Below are positions 14,671-22,911 of a stretch of 32,000 nt of DNA, one piece after another. Made by a program: the position numbers and the translations under genes. Origin of the DNA: Candidatus Methylomirabilis oxygeniifera (GTDB lineage: Bacteria; Methylomirabilota; Methylomirabilia; Methylomirabilales; Methylomirabilaceae); NCBI GenBank assembly GCA_000091165.1, contig FP565575.1:270001-302000 (forward strand), read 5' to 3'. Each line of letters starts with the position of its first letter. Positions within the stretch are counted from its first letter, which is position 1. The notes beneath the pieces were generated by a model, which had not been told where the DNA came from, made no database searches, and worked only from the letters and a program-made list of their open reading frames with translations.

Positions 14671-15645
14671 TTGCTGTATGGGCTCGGGCTCATGTTGGTG
14701 CAATGGGGGCTCGAGCGGGGTACGTTTGTCGCCATCCTCACCGATCGCCTGGCGCAGGGCGTGCTGGTTGGTCTGCATCTGTTGGGTGTGCCGGCGAGGC
14801 TTGACGGGCTGGTGCTCCACGCCGGCGCGCTGAGTCAGCCGGTCTCGGCAAGCTGTCTGGGCCTGATCGCGGTGACCGGCTATCTCTCCGGCCTCCTCGC
14901 CGTACCGGCCGACTGGACGACGCGCTGGCGCGGGATCCGGCGCGACCTGCCGTTGCTGGTTCTTGGGAATGCGATTCGACTGTCGGCGCTCGGGATCCTC
15001 ATCACCGTATCTGTCTCAGCCTTTCAGTTTGCGCATGCGATTCTCATGGGGGCGGTTGCGCCGCTGGCCCTGATCGGGCTGTGGGGCTTCTGGTTCTACA
15101 AGGACCTGGGCGCGCTGTCGGCGTATCCCTGGCGCTTCGCCAGAGACGTGTCCCTCGCGCTGCCTCTGGCAATCGGGCTTTGGTGGCTGCTGCTTGACCC
15201 GTATGCGGTCGGGCTGTCGGTGGTGATCAAGGCGGCCCTGAGCGGCCTCGTCGGGATGCCGATTGTCGGGACCGGGGTGGTGGAGGACGGCTTCAAACGC
15301 CTCCTCGACTTTCAATTGCCGGACGGCGGTTTCCGCATCGAGATGGGCGGCCGCAGCCTGGCCCTCGCTCCGTTGATCGCCTTGATCGGCGCCTCGCCCA
15401 TCCCCTGGACGCGGCGGATTGGGCTGGGAGGTCTCGGTCTGACGATCCAGTTCGGGCTCCATGCCATGGAGGTGGTCGGACTGGTTCTCCTGGGTCGGAT
15501 CGCTCCTCCGGTGGTCCCGGCGGTCGAGGCGCTTTCGGATTACCTCGCCCTTGCCTCCGGTCCGTTCTTGTGGCTGCTGCTCGCGGCTCCGTCTTCAGCG
15601 TGGTGGGCGCTTGAGGGAGAGGGCCGTCGCGCGCGATCTGTCTGA
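14671..15645 (+). CDS. exosortase/archaeosortase-family transpeptidase-like membrane protein (candidate XrtH-type, IPTLxxWG-CTERM-specific), short N-terminus and long C-terminal polytopic extension
   Basis: The motif series matches exosortases. The pre-Cys segment is LAQGVLVGLHLLGVPARLDGLVLHAG...VSASCLGLIAV. The Arg in LGNAIRLSALGIL lies 41 residues after the Cys, the same spacing as ArtA C173/R214. This is followed by FAHAILMG. The start is uncertain: TTG 14671, ATG 14692 or TTG 14596. The track start 14428 overlaps the upstream gene and is not TM-like. Confidence 0.65.
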   Translation: MLYGLGLMLVQWGLERGTFVAILTDRLAQGVLVGLHLLGVPARLDGLVLHAGALSQPVSASCLGLIAVTGYLSGLLAVPADWTTRWRGIRRDLPLLVLGNAIRLSALGILITVSVSAFQFAHAILMGAVAPLALIGLWGFWFYKDLGALSAYPWRFARDVSLALPLAIGLWWLLLDPYAVGLSVVIKAALSGLVGMPIVGTGVVEDGFKRLLDFQLPDGGFRIEMGGRSLALAPLIALIGASPIPWTRRIGLGGLGLTIQFGLHAMEVVGLVLLGRIAPPVVPAVEALSDYLALASGPFLWLLLAAPSSAWWALEGEGRRARSV

Positions 15646-15700
15646 GTCTGTGTGGTGTCCCTCGCTATAAGAACGGACCCCGAGCTATTGGCGACACGGA

Positions 15701-15730
15701 TTGCCTTTTGCTCTACAAGAAGGGTATAGT
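15701..15730 (+). promoter_or_regulatory. candidate sigma70 promoter (TTGCCT-18-TATAGT)
   Basis: Lies in the 134-nt gap upstream of the radical SAM gene. The -10 TATAGT is at 15725-15730. Confidence 0.3.
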
Positions 15731-15779
15731 CTGAGCGACGGTGGTGTAGACGACTGCGTCAGCCGGGAGCTGGTACGCG

Positions 15780-17141
15780 ATGGCGGCAACGGTGACACGA
15801 AAGGTTCTGCTCGTCAATCCGAGCTGGGATGGGCTGGTAAGCCGAAAGGGACGCCGGTTTAATCGCACCTGGCCTCCCCTTGATCTCCTGAATTGCGCGG
15901 CGCTGCTGGAGCAGGACGGGCTGAGCGTCGGCCTCATCGATGCCCGCGCCGTGCCCACCACGCCGGAGACGATTCGAGACGCCGCAGCGCGACACGATCT
16001 GGTCTTCGTGACCTCGTCGCCGATCGACCGGTGGCAATGCCCCAACCTCGATCTGGGCCCATTCCTGGCCGTTACACACCTGGTGGAACCCGACAAGCTG
16101 TACGTAATGGGGACGCATGGGACCGTTGCGCCTGGAGAGCTGCTTCATATGACGCAGGCGCGAGCCATCGTCCGTGGCGAGCCTGAGCCGGCGGTCCGAG
16201 CGCTTTGTGAGGGCAAAGACCCTTCTGAGGTCCCGGGTGTGACCTATCTGCAAGAGGGCACAACTATCCATAATCCGGAAGGGAACCCCGTGGATCTGAC
16301 GACCCTGCCGATGCCCGCCTTTCATCTCCTCGACCTTCGCAACTACCGGTACGAAATTCTCGGCGGAAGATTTGCCCTGCTTGAGACGACGCGCGGCTGT
16401 CACCACCGGTGCCATTTCTGCCTTCTCAAGATGTACGGCAAAGGCTACCGCAAGAAAGACCCCGAGCAGGTTGTTCATGAGGTCACACATCTGGTTCGAG
16501 AAGCGGGAGCCAAGACAGGATACTTCATCGATCTGGAGTTCACCGCGGTCCGTGACGACGTCCGGGATCTGTGTGAGCGACTGGTGTCGGCCGGGTTGCC
16601 CTTCGAGTGGGCGTGCCAGACCAGGGCCGATTATGTGGACGGGCCGCTTCTGAAGCTGATGAAGCGCGCCGGCTGTCGGCTGATCCACTTTGGCGTTGAA
16701 AGCGGCTCGCCCCGTATCCTGGCTGCAACGAATAAGCGGATTACCCTTGAGCAGATCGAACGCGGAATTGCGGAGACGAAGCAGTCAGGGATCGATCAAC
16801 TGTGTTTCTTCATGTTCGGCTTCCCGGGTGAAACCGCCGGGGATATGGAGGCGACGATCGCGTTCGCCAAGCGGCTGAGCCCCACCTATGCGTCATTTCA
16901 TGCCGTGACCCCCTACATGGGCACGAAGCTGTATGAGATGAGCGGCTCCTCGGAGCTGTTCCCTGAAGTGCTGAGCAAGGAGCACGACCCCCTCATCCTT
17001 CAGGCGATCGCCAACCGGGCCTTTCGTGAGTTTTACCTGCGGCCGGCAATGCTCTGGTCCAGGGTGCGTAGGGTGGACGTTCGTCTTTGGCGCAGGCAGG
17101 CCGCACTGTTCTGGCACTACGTGCGACCAGCCTTGACCTAG
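15780..17141 (+). CDS. B12-binding-domain radical SAM enzyme (class B)
   Basis: N-terminal Rossmann-like B12-binding region (KVLLVNPSWD...GLIDARAVP...DLVFVTSSP). CX3CX2C motif in TTRGCHHRCHFCLL. Downstream GCRLIHFGVESGS and FMFGFPGET. Confidence 0.85.
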   Translation: MAATVTRKVLLVNPSWDGLVSRKGRRFNRTWPPLDLLNCAALLEQDGLSVGLIDARAVPTTPETIRDAAARHDLVFVTSSPIDRWQCPNLDLGPFLAVTHLVEPDKLYVMGTHGTVAPGELLHMTQARAIVRGEPEPAVRALCEGKDPSEVPGVTYLQEGTTIHNPEGNPVDLTTLPMPAFHLLDLRNYRYEILGGRFALLETTRGCHHRCHFCLLKMYGKGYRKKDPEQVVHEVTHLVREAGAKTGYFIDLEFTAVRDDVRDLCERLVSAGLPFEWACQTRADYVDGPLLKLMKRAGCRLIHFGVESGSPRILAATNKRITLEQIERGIAETKQSGIDQLCFFMFGFPGETAGDMEATIAFAKRLSPTYASFHAVTPYMGTKLYEMSGSSELFPEVLSKEHDPLILQAIANRAFREFYLRPAMLWSRVRRVDVRLWRRQAALFWHYVRPALT

Positions 17142-17153
17142 GCTCTTTCCGTC

Positions 17154-17906
17154 ATGCCCCAAGACCCGCTTGGCACTCGCCGGCCCCGGGTTCCACTGAC
17201 GTTCATTATCCCGGCCTATAACGAAGAAGCCATCGTTGCCGCCAACGTCGACCGGCTCAGGTGCTACCTGAAAGACCGGGAGATTACGACGTATGAAATG
17301 CTCCTGGTCAGCAACGGCTCGACCGACCGGACCGTCGAGATCGCCAGGGCAAGCGCAGCAGGCCGCGTGGACCTCACGGTCATTGAGTTGCCGCGGCGCG
17401 GCGTGGGCCGCGCATTCAAGGCCGGGATGGCGCGCGCGCATTATGACCGGGTAGTGTGCCTCGATCTGGATCTTACCATCGATCTCGACTTCATTACGGC
17501 TGCGGCGGAAGGACTCGACACGGCGGACATCGTCATCGGTTCCAAGCAGACCGGGGGGCAGCAGCGCTCGTGGATCCGACGGCTGGCAAGCGCGGCGTTT
17601 ATCGTCTGCACGCGCCGGTTACTTCACCTCACGTTTACGGACTACTCGATCGGCGCCAAGGCGTTTCGGACCGCCTCTATACGGCCATATCTCCCCCATC
17701 TTGCCGATCAGAGCGCCTATATCCTGCAACTGATCGCCTGGGGGCATCGCGACGGCGTCGCCATTGCTGAGATTCCGGTCTGGTGCGACGATCGGAGAAA
17801 GAGTCGTTTCAACCTCATCCACGAGGGCTTCTATCGCTTCGGCAGCCTGTTTGTGCTGTGGCTTCAGGAACGGCTGTGTTGGAGGAGAGGGATCGACGGG
17901 CGATGA
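17154..17906 (+). CDS. GT2 glycosyltransferase (Dpm1-like, soluble)
   Basis: PLTFIIPAYNEEAIVAANVDRL...MLLVSNGSTDRT...RGVGRAFKAGM...CLDLDLTID. It starts 12 nt after the radical SAM stop. Its TGA overlaps the next ATG (ATGA at 17903-17906). Confidence 0.85.
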   Translation: MPQDPLGTRRPRVPLTFIIPAYNEEAIVAANVDRLRCYLKDREITTYEMLLVSNGSTDRTVEIARASAAGRVDLTVIELPRRGVGRAFKAGMARAHYDRVVCLDLDLTIDLDFITAAAEGLDTADIVIGSKQTGGQQRSWIRRLASAAFIVCTRRLLHLTFTDYSIGAKAFRTASIRPYLPHLADQSAYILQLIAWGHRDGVAIAEIPVWCDDRRKSRFNLIHEGFYRFGSLFVLWLQERLCWRRGIDGR

Positions 17907-19690
17907 AGGCTCACCGGAGGCTGCGCGTGCGGTCAATATTCTCTTCTTTTCCGACACACGTCTTGCTTGAGAAGTGCATTGTATTGGGAGCATTGTTTGC
18001 GATTGCACTCTCTTGTTCGTTTCATGTGCTGCACTATTGGTTTCTTTACGATGATCCCGCTGCTATCGTCTATTCGACGAAATCCTTGAACGATATATTT
18101 TTCTCCAATGACGCATATGTATATGGGTTTTATGCGCCGTTGTTAGCGCTTATCTTTAAGCCTGACGTTCTCTTTTTTGGGATCCAACCATTACCGTACC
18201 GTATTCACAATCTCATGATTCTCGTCTCGATAGCTTTTGTGGTCTACCAGATACTCAGGCAGTATACGGATAAATTCTCATCTGCCGTCTCTGCGATGAT
18301 TGTTCTATGTGCAACCCCCTCGTTTATCTGTGTGATTTGGATAACGCTCAGGCAATATCTGTACCCCATGCTCTTTTCTTTAATCGCGATCTATCTCTAC
18401 ATAAAATACACACCCGATCCGAAACGCGACACGTACGTGTTCCTTACCATACTGGTTCTGAGTGAATTAAGCTTTATGGGCAAAGAACAATTTATGACTT
18501 TGCCTTTTGTCCTTTTGGTCCTCTCGAAAGAGAACTTTAAGAACAGATGTCTCAAGACATATCCTTACTTTCTCTTGCTTGCCCTGCATTTTTTGCTTCG
18601 ATGGTATGTGTTGGGAAGTATGGGGGGATATTTAGGAGTTACTTACAACCCTTTGGTTTACCTGAAAACGGTCTTTACATCCATCTTCACCACCTCAGAG
18701 ATTTTATTTGGATCTCAGTGGTTGGTAGCTGTTTTGTTGTTGCCGTTCTTGTTACAGCCCGACAAGTGTATGCGATTGGTTCTCTTGTGGGTAGCGACCC
18801 TCGCTGTGTCTTTTCTTGGTATGTCTGTATATCCTTCGGCAGACACCTATCGCTATTGGTTCATTGCCGCAGTTCTGTTTTCCTTTATGATGGGGTTTGG
18901 CTCGGCTGTCATCAAAAACCCTCTGCTTAGGGGATTGTACATCCTGGCGGCAGTCATTCCGTTCTTCATTCACAGCTCGAAAATAAACGAGGAAATCACG
19001 GTCTTGTTTCAACGTGAATCGTCTATAGCCTATAAGACGTCACAATCTATGCTTGATGAGAGATACCGCAACGCAGTGATGATGTTTCCGGACAGCCCGT
19101 ATACTCATTCCGGGTATATATATTCGATGCAAAACGCATATCAGAGGGTCCTGGGAGTCGAAGCCCTCCCTACGTTCTATCCCTTTGAACTGCTGGCATT
19201 TTATCCGGACATATTACAAGATTTCGATGGCGTGTATGAAATAACACCACACGAAATTATCGATATTACACAGTCTATAAAAAAGAGATCGGATCTTTTT
19301 TTGGCAGCGTTGACCGATCAGAAACCGGAATTCGGACTCTTGCAGAGCGGAGAAGAGTTAGCGGTAAGTCTCAAGTGCAGATCCGGCAGATCGGTCACCT
19401 CGTTTATCATAGAGCAAGAGCAGTTTGCCGATAAGCAGCGCGTGAGTAGAAACGTTCTTCCTTACCTTGAGAGATTGAACTTGAGCAACACCATAAAAAA
19501 GAGCGGGAACGCCAGACTGGTGCCGATAGAGGAGATTTCATATAAGAAGAAAACGTGGTATTTCGGACGAGAACGCATTCCGGATGCTACGCTATTGATA
19601 ACAAATTTGTGCAGTGATCTATCGGGAAACAATACGCGTTTATCGGATGTTTTGTATATTCCTTTGGCGAAGAGGTTTCACATAAGCTAA
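17903..19690 (+). CDS. low-GC polytopic membrane protein, PMT/TMTC-like GT-C glycosyltransferase without TPR
   Basis: ATG 17903 is in an ATGA overlap. About 400 aa of TM segments have the loop-1 motif WFLYDDPAAIVYS followed by FYAPLLALIF...FGIQPLPYRIHNLMILV, parallel to FAFDDHLLVETN...YRPIR...FGLNPSGFRAFNILY in the 6931 gene. The C-terminal domain is soluble, about 200 aa. Hand-counted lines inside give 35-45% G+C, against 67-70% in the flanks. Confidence 0.65.
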   Translation: MKAHRRLRVRSIFSSFPTHVLLEKCIVLGALFAIALSCSFHVLHYWFLYDDPAAIVYSTKSLNDIFFSNDAYVYGFYAPLLALIFKPDVLFFGIQPLPYRIHNLMILVSIAFVVYQILRQYTDKFSSAVSAMIVLCATPSFICVIWITLRQYLYPMLFSLIAIYLYIKYTPDPKRDTYVFLTILVLSELSFMGKEQFMTLPFVLLVLSKENFKNRCLKTYPYFLLLALHFLLRWYVLGSMGGYLGVTYNPLVYLKTVFTSIFTTSEILFGSQWLVAVLLLPFLLQPDKCMRLVLLWVATLAVSFLGMSVYPSADTYRYWFIAAVLFSFMMGFGSAVIKNPLLRGLYILAAVIPFFIHSSKINEEITVLFQRESSIAYKTSQSMLDERYRNAVMMFPDSPYTHSGYIYSMQNAYQRVLGVEALPTFYPFELLAFYPDILQDFDGVYEITPHEIIDITQSIKKRSDLFLAALTDQKPEFGLLQSGEELAVSLKCRSGRSVTSFIIEQEQFADKQRVSRNVLPYLERLNLSNTIKKSGNARLVPIEEISYKKKTWYFGRERIPDATLLITNLCSDLSGNNTRLSDVLYIPLAKRFHIS

Positions 19691-20457
19691 TGGTGTCCCT
19701 CTTGAGAGGCCGTTCTACCGACATGGATGATGAGCAGATTCAACTCAGCGTGGCGATTCCCACATACAATGAGGCGAACCGGATCGGCCCGTCGCTCCAC
19801 CGGGTGTGGGACTATTTGCGGTCCCGATACGGGGCGGGCGGATTCGAGATGATTGTGGTGGATGACGGATCGCGCGACAGCACGGTCGCCGTTGTGGAAC
19901 AATTCGGGATGCGCGCGCCGGAGTTGCGACTGGTCCGCTTCTCACGGAACCGAGGCAAGGGCGCCGCCGTTCGGGCCGGCATGATAGCGGCCACAGGGAA
20001 GGCCGTGCTGTTCTCGGATGCGGACCTCTCCACACCGATCGAGGATGTGGAGGGCGCGTTAAGGCTGCTGGCGGACGGCGGAGATGTCGTGATCGGCTCG
20101 CGCGCGCTGCCTGGATCGCTGATTCTGGTGCGTCAGCATCCGTTGCGCGAGTCGATGGGACGACTGTTCAATCGCCTTATCCGGGTCCTCCTTCGGATCC
20201 CGTTTCGAGATACGCAGTGCGGATTCAAGCTGTTTCGGCGCGAGGCGGCGCATGCGATCTTCCAGCGCGCACGTATCGACGGCTTTGCCTTCGACGTCGA
20301 GGTTATCCTCATCGCGATGCAGTTGGGATATACCGTACGCGAGATGCCGGTACACTGGAGCAATGATCCGGCGAGTAGGGTGACCCTGAGTCGCCACCCC
20401 GCACAGATGATCGCCGATCTCTGGCGGATCAGGACCGGGCGCATGAGCGGCCGATGA
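19690..20457 (+). CDS. GT2 glycosyltransferase, dolichyl/polyprenyl-phosphate beta-glucosyltransferase (Alg5)-like
   Basis: LSVAIPTYNEANRIGPSL...MIVVDDGSRDST...SRNRGKGAAVRAGM...FSDADLSTPIED...VIGSR. ATG 19690 overlaps the upstream TAA (TAATG). An alternative start is ATG 19723. Confidence 0.85.
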   Translation: MVSLLRGRSTDMDDEQIQLSVAIPTYNEANRIGPSLHRVWDYLRSRYGAGGFEMIVVDDGSRDSTVAVVEQFGMRAPELRLVRFSRNRGKGAAVRAGMIAATGKAVLFSDADLSTPIEDVEGALRLLADGGDVVIGSRALPGSLILVRQHPLRESMGRLFNRLIRVLLRIPFRDTQCGFKLFRREAAHAIFQRARIDGFAFDVEVILIAMQLGYTVREMPVHWSNDPASRVTLSRHPAQMIADLWRIRTGRMSGR

Positions 20458-20534
20458 CGTCTTACCGGGTCGATGCGGTTGAGGTGGGACGTGTCCTCCG
20501 CTTTCGTCGCGCTCCTGGTCTGGCCGGCCGGTCG

Positions 20535-21623
20535 CTAGGTTTTGATCCTGAGTACGGAGGCGAGACCGGCAGTGGTGAACAGGACGTTAGGCAGCCAGGC
20601 CGCGACCAGCGGGGGCAGGACGTCGCCCCGTCCCAGAGAAATACTGAAGGAGTTGAGGATCGAGTAGCAGACGGCTGCTACCACGCAGGCGCCCGTCCAG
20701 GCCATCACGCCTCGCTTACCGGTGCGAAGGGCGAAGGCGATCCCAATGAAGGCCATGACGAGATTCGTGAAGGCCGTAGAGCCCTTTGCGGCCAGGTCCA
20801 CCTGATACCGGACAGAGCTCACCCCGGCTTTGGCCAGTCTCTCAATATACTCCCGAAGCTCAGACGAGGTCATCTCTTCGGCCTCACGCACCACATGGGC
20901 GAGATCCTCGGGTTTTTCTTCGAGGTAGAGCGTGAGGTGTGTGAACGGATCAACCCGGAAGGTCCCATCAGGCTTGGTCCGGGATATTTCGCCGTTCTGA
21001 AGCCGCCACTGTCCGTCTTGCCATCTGGCCTCCTTTGCATCGATCCTTCTCGCCAGTCTGAAATCCGGTGAGAGTTCAAAGACGGTCAATCCTCGGATGC
21101 TGCCCGATGCCGCCTCCAGCAGCGAGATATGCAAAAACCGGTTACCTTTGGCCCGGTACCAGATATCGTTGTTTTTGGTGCGCTGGAAGGGGGAGACCTT
21201 CTGCACCTTCACCCGATAGGCATCCAGCGCACGCTCGTTCATTCGAGGAACAATCGACTCGCCGAGAATTAAGGCGGCAAAGCTGACGACGAGGCCAAGA
21301 ACCAATGGCGGAACAACGATGCGGAAGATGCTCAGATGACCCATTTTCATGGCAAGCAGTTCATTGTGCCTCGCCATTTTCCCAAGGCTGAACAGGGCGG
21401 CGAGGAGTACTGCCACCGGCATGACCTGGAACCCGAACCATGGCAGCCTGTAGATGTAATACTGGATCACCACCACGCCGGATACGTCAAGGAAGCGGGA
21501 GAGGCGATCGAATAGGTCTACGATGACGGAGAGCGCGAGGAAGATCACCAGTGAGAAGGCACAGATTCTGAGAAACTCTTTCGCAAGATACCGATCCAGG
21601 ATTCGCATGGGAACGGTCAGCAT
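20535..21623 (-). CDS. lptG: LPS export ABC transporter permease LptG (YjgP/YjgQ family)
   Basis: The N-terminus MRILDRYLAKEFLRICAFSLVIFLALSVIVDLFDRL, the central periplasmic beta-jellyroll region and the 6-TM layout fit the family. It lies directly downstream of the lptF-like paralog. Confidence 0.75.
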   Translation of the reverse strand: MLTVPMRILDRYLAKEFLRICAFSLVIFLALSVIVDLFDRLSRFLDVSGVVVIQYYIYRLPWFGFQVMPVAVLLAALFSLGKMARHNELLAMKMGHLSIFRIVVPPLVLGLVVSFAALILGESIVPRMNERALDAYRVKVQKVSPFQRTKNNDIWYRAKGNRFLHISLLEAASGSIRGLTVFELSPDFRLARRIDAKEARWQDGQWRLQNGEISRTKPDGTFRVDPFTHLTLYLEEKPEDLAHVVREAEEMTSSELREYIERLAKAGVSSVRYQVDLAAKGSTAFTNLVMAFIGIAFALRTGKRGVMAWTGACVVAAVCYSILNSFSISLGRGDVLPPLVAAWLPNVLFTTAGLASVLRIKT

Positions 21624-21630
21624 TCAGCGC

Positions 21631-22911
21631 TCAGCAAGACCTTTTCCTGCTGAAAGCTGATCGCCGGACGCTGATAGCTCTCCATATCAGCGATTGAAGC
21701 CTGGCCGGTAGAAAGGCCTCGCGGTCCTCCGTAAGAACTAAGCCGATTGCGATCATGCCCAGGGTGAGATTCGGGAACCATACACCGAGGGCAGGATCGA
21801 TTCGCCCGCGAGAACCGAGGCTCTCGCCGGTTGCGAGCAGGATATAGTAGAACACGGCAAAGGCCACGCTGAGGGCCAGGCTGACACCGCGGCCGGCTTT
21901 CTTGATGCGCATGGCAAGCGGCGCGCCTATCATGCTTAAGATGAGGCACGCAATCGGGAGTGAAAATTTTTTATGCAGTTCTACCTGCAGCGGCCACGCC
22001 TTACCTCCGTCTTTATTGAGTCGCGCAATCTCCGTCCGCAGCTCCCCGATATTCATCTCTTTACTCTGCCGGACCCGCGCCACCGTTTCAGCAACGGTGC
22101 CACCGGTCAGGATCTGAAGATCGTACGTTTCGAAATCGAGATTTCGATAGCGGTCCGGATGATCGCGAGAACTGATCTGGAGCGTTCCCCTTGATAATTG
22201 GAGTCCGATCGGCGCCTCCGTCTCATCATCCTTATTGAGCAGTTTACCTTCTTGAGCGATGATCAGGCGCTGATCGGCCTGGTTTCTTTGATCGATGACC
22301 AGGATGCCGTGAAGTGTCCCGTCCGTTTTTTCCGAGCGATCCACGTAGATCGCAAGTCCTGGGTATTCGGTGTTGAATATGCCGTTCTCGAGGGCCGTGA
22401 GCACGTGAGTGTGATAGAGCTGATGTGTCAACGTTTTGAAGGCCTTCGTGCTGCTGGGTTGCACCAGGGTACTGATCCACAGGGTGGCGAACGTGGCTAC
22501 GACGCCGAAGAGGACGCCTGGCGCCATGAGGCGGTACAAACTGAGGCCGCTTGTTTTGAGCACGATCGCCTCCCCCTCGGACGAGACTCGGCCATACGTC
22601 GCCAGGACGGCTAACAGCACGGACATCGGAATCGTCACCGTAAAAGAAAAGGGAAGAATGTACGAGATGAGACGGAGGACGACTCCAACGGGCGCTCCTT
22701 TATTGATGATCAGATCCATCAAGCGCATCATCTGGTCCATCAACAGTACGAAGGTAAAGGTCCCGAGTCCGAGCGCGAATGAGGCCGCCATCTCTCGCAG
22801 CAGATGTCGATCGATCAGACAGAAAGGACGCAGCCATCCGGTGAAAACGGTCGTCCCGTCGATAGGAGGGGTGGGGTGCGACGTGCGTGGTACGCGGTGC
22901 GAATGCTGCAT
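21631..22911 (-). CDS. lptF: LPS export ABC transporter permease LptF (YjgP/YjgQ family)
   Basis: IDRHLLREMAASFALGLGTFTFVLLMDQMMRLMDLIINKGAP... has the same fold layout as lptG. The N-terminal 30 aa from ATG 22911 may or may not be real. Confidence 0.7.
   Translation of the reverse strand: MQHSHRVPRTSHPTPPIDGTTVFTGWLRPFCLIDRHLLREMAASFALGLGTFTFVLLMDQMMRLMDLIINKGAPVGVVLRLISYILPFSFTVTIPMSVLLAVLATYGRVSSEGEAIVLKTSGLSLYRLMAPGVLFGVVATFATLWISTLVQPSSTKAFKTLTHQLYHTHVLTALENGIFNTEYPGLAIYVDRSEKTDGTLHGILVIDQRNQADQRLIIAQEGKLLNKDDETEAPIGLQLSRGTLQISSRDHPDRYRNLDFETYDLQILTGGTVAETVARVRQSKEMNIGELRTEIARLNKDGGKAWPLQVELHKKFSLPIACLILSMIGAPLAMRIKKAGRGVSLALSVAFAVFYYILLATGESLGSRGRIDPALGVWFPNLTLGMIAIGLVLTEDREAFLPARLQSLIWRAISVRRSAFSRKRSC

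Noticed and set aside
17903-19690. Low-GC segment as an insertion sequence or prophage remnant
   Set aside because: It is a single intact polytopic membrane-protein gene with a GT-C-type DD motif. There is no transposase or integrase and no terminal inverted or direct repeats, and both ends are precise start/stop overlaps.
20458-20534. Possible bidirectional terminator between the convergent GT2 and lptG genes, based on the GGCCGGCC and GGACgtGTCC palindromes
   Set aside because: The stems are only 4 bp with 0-2-nt loops, and there are no T/A runs. The evidence is not sufficient to call.
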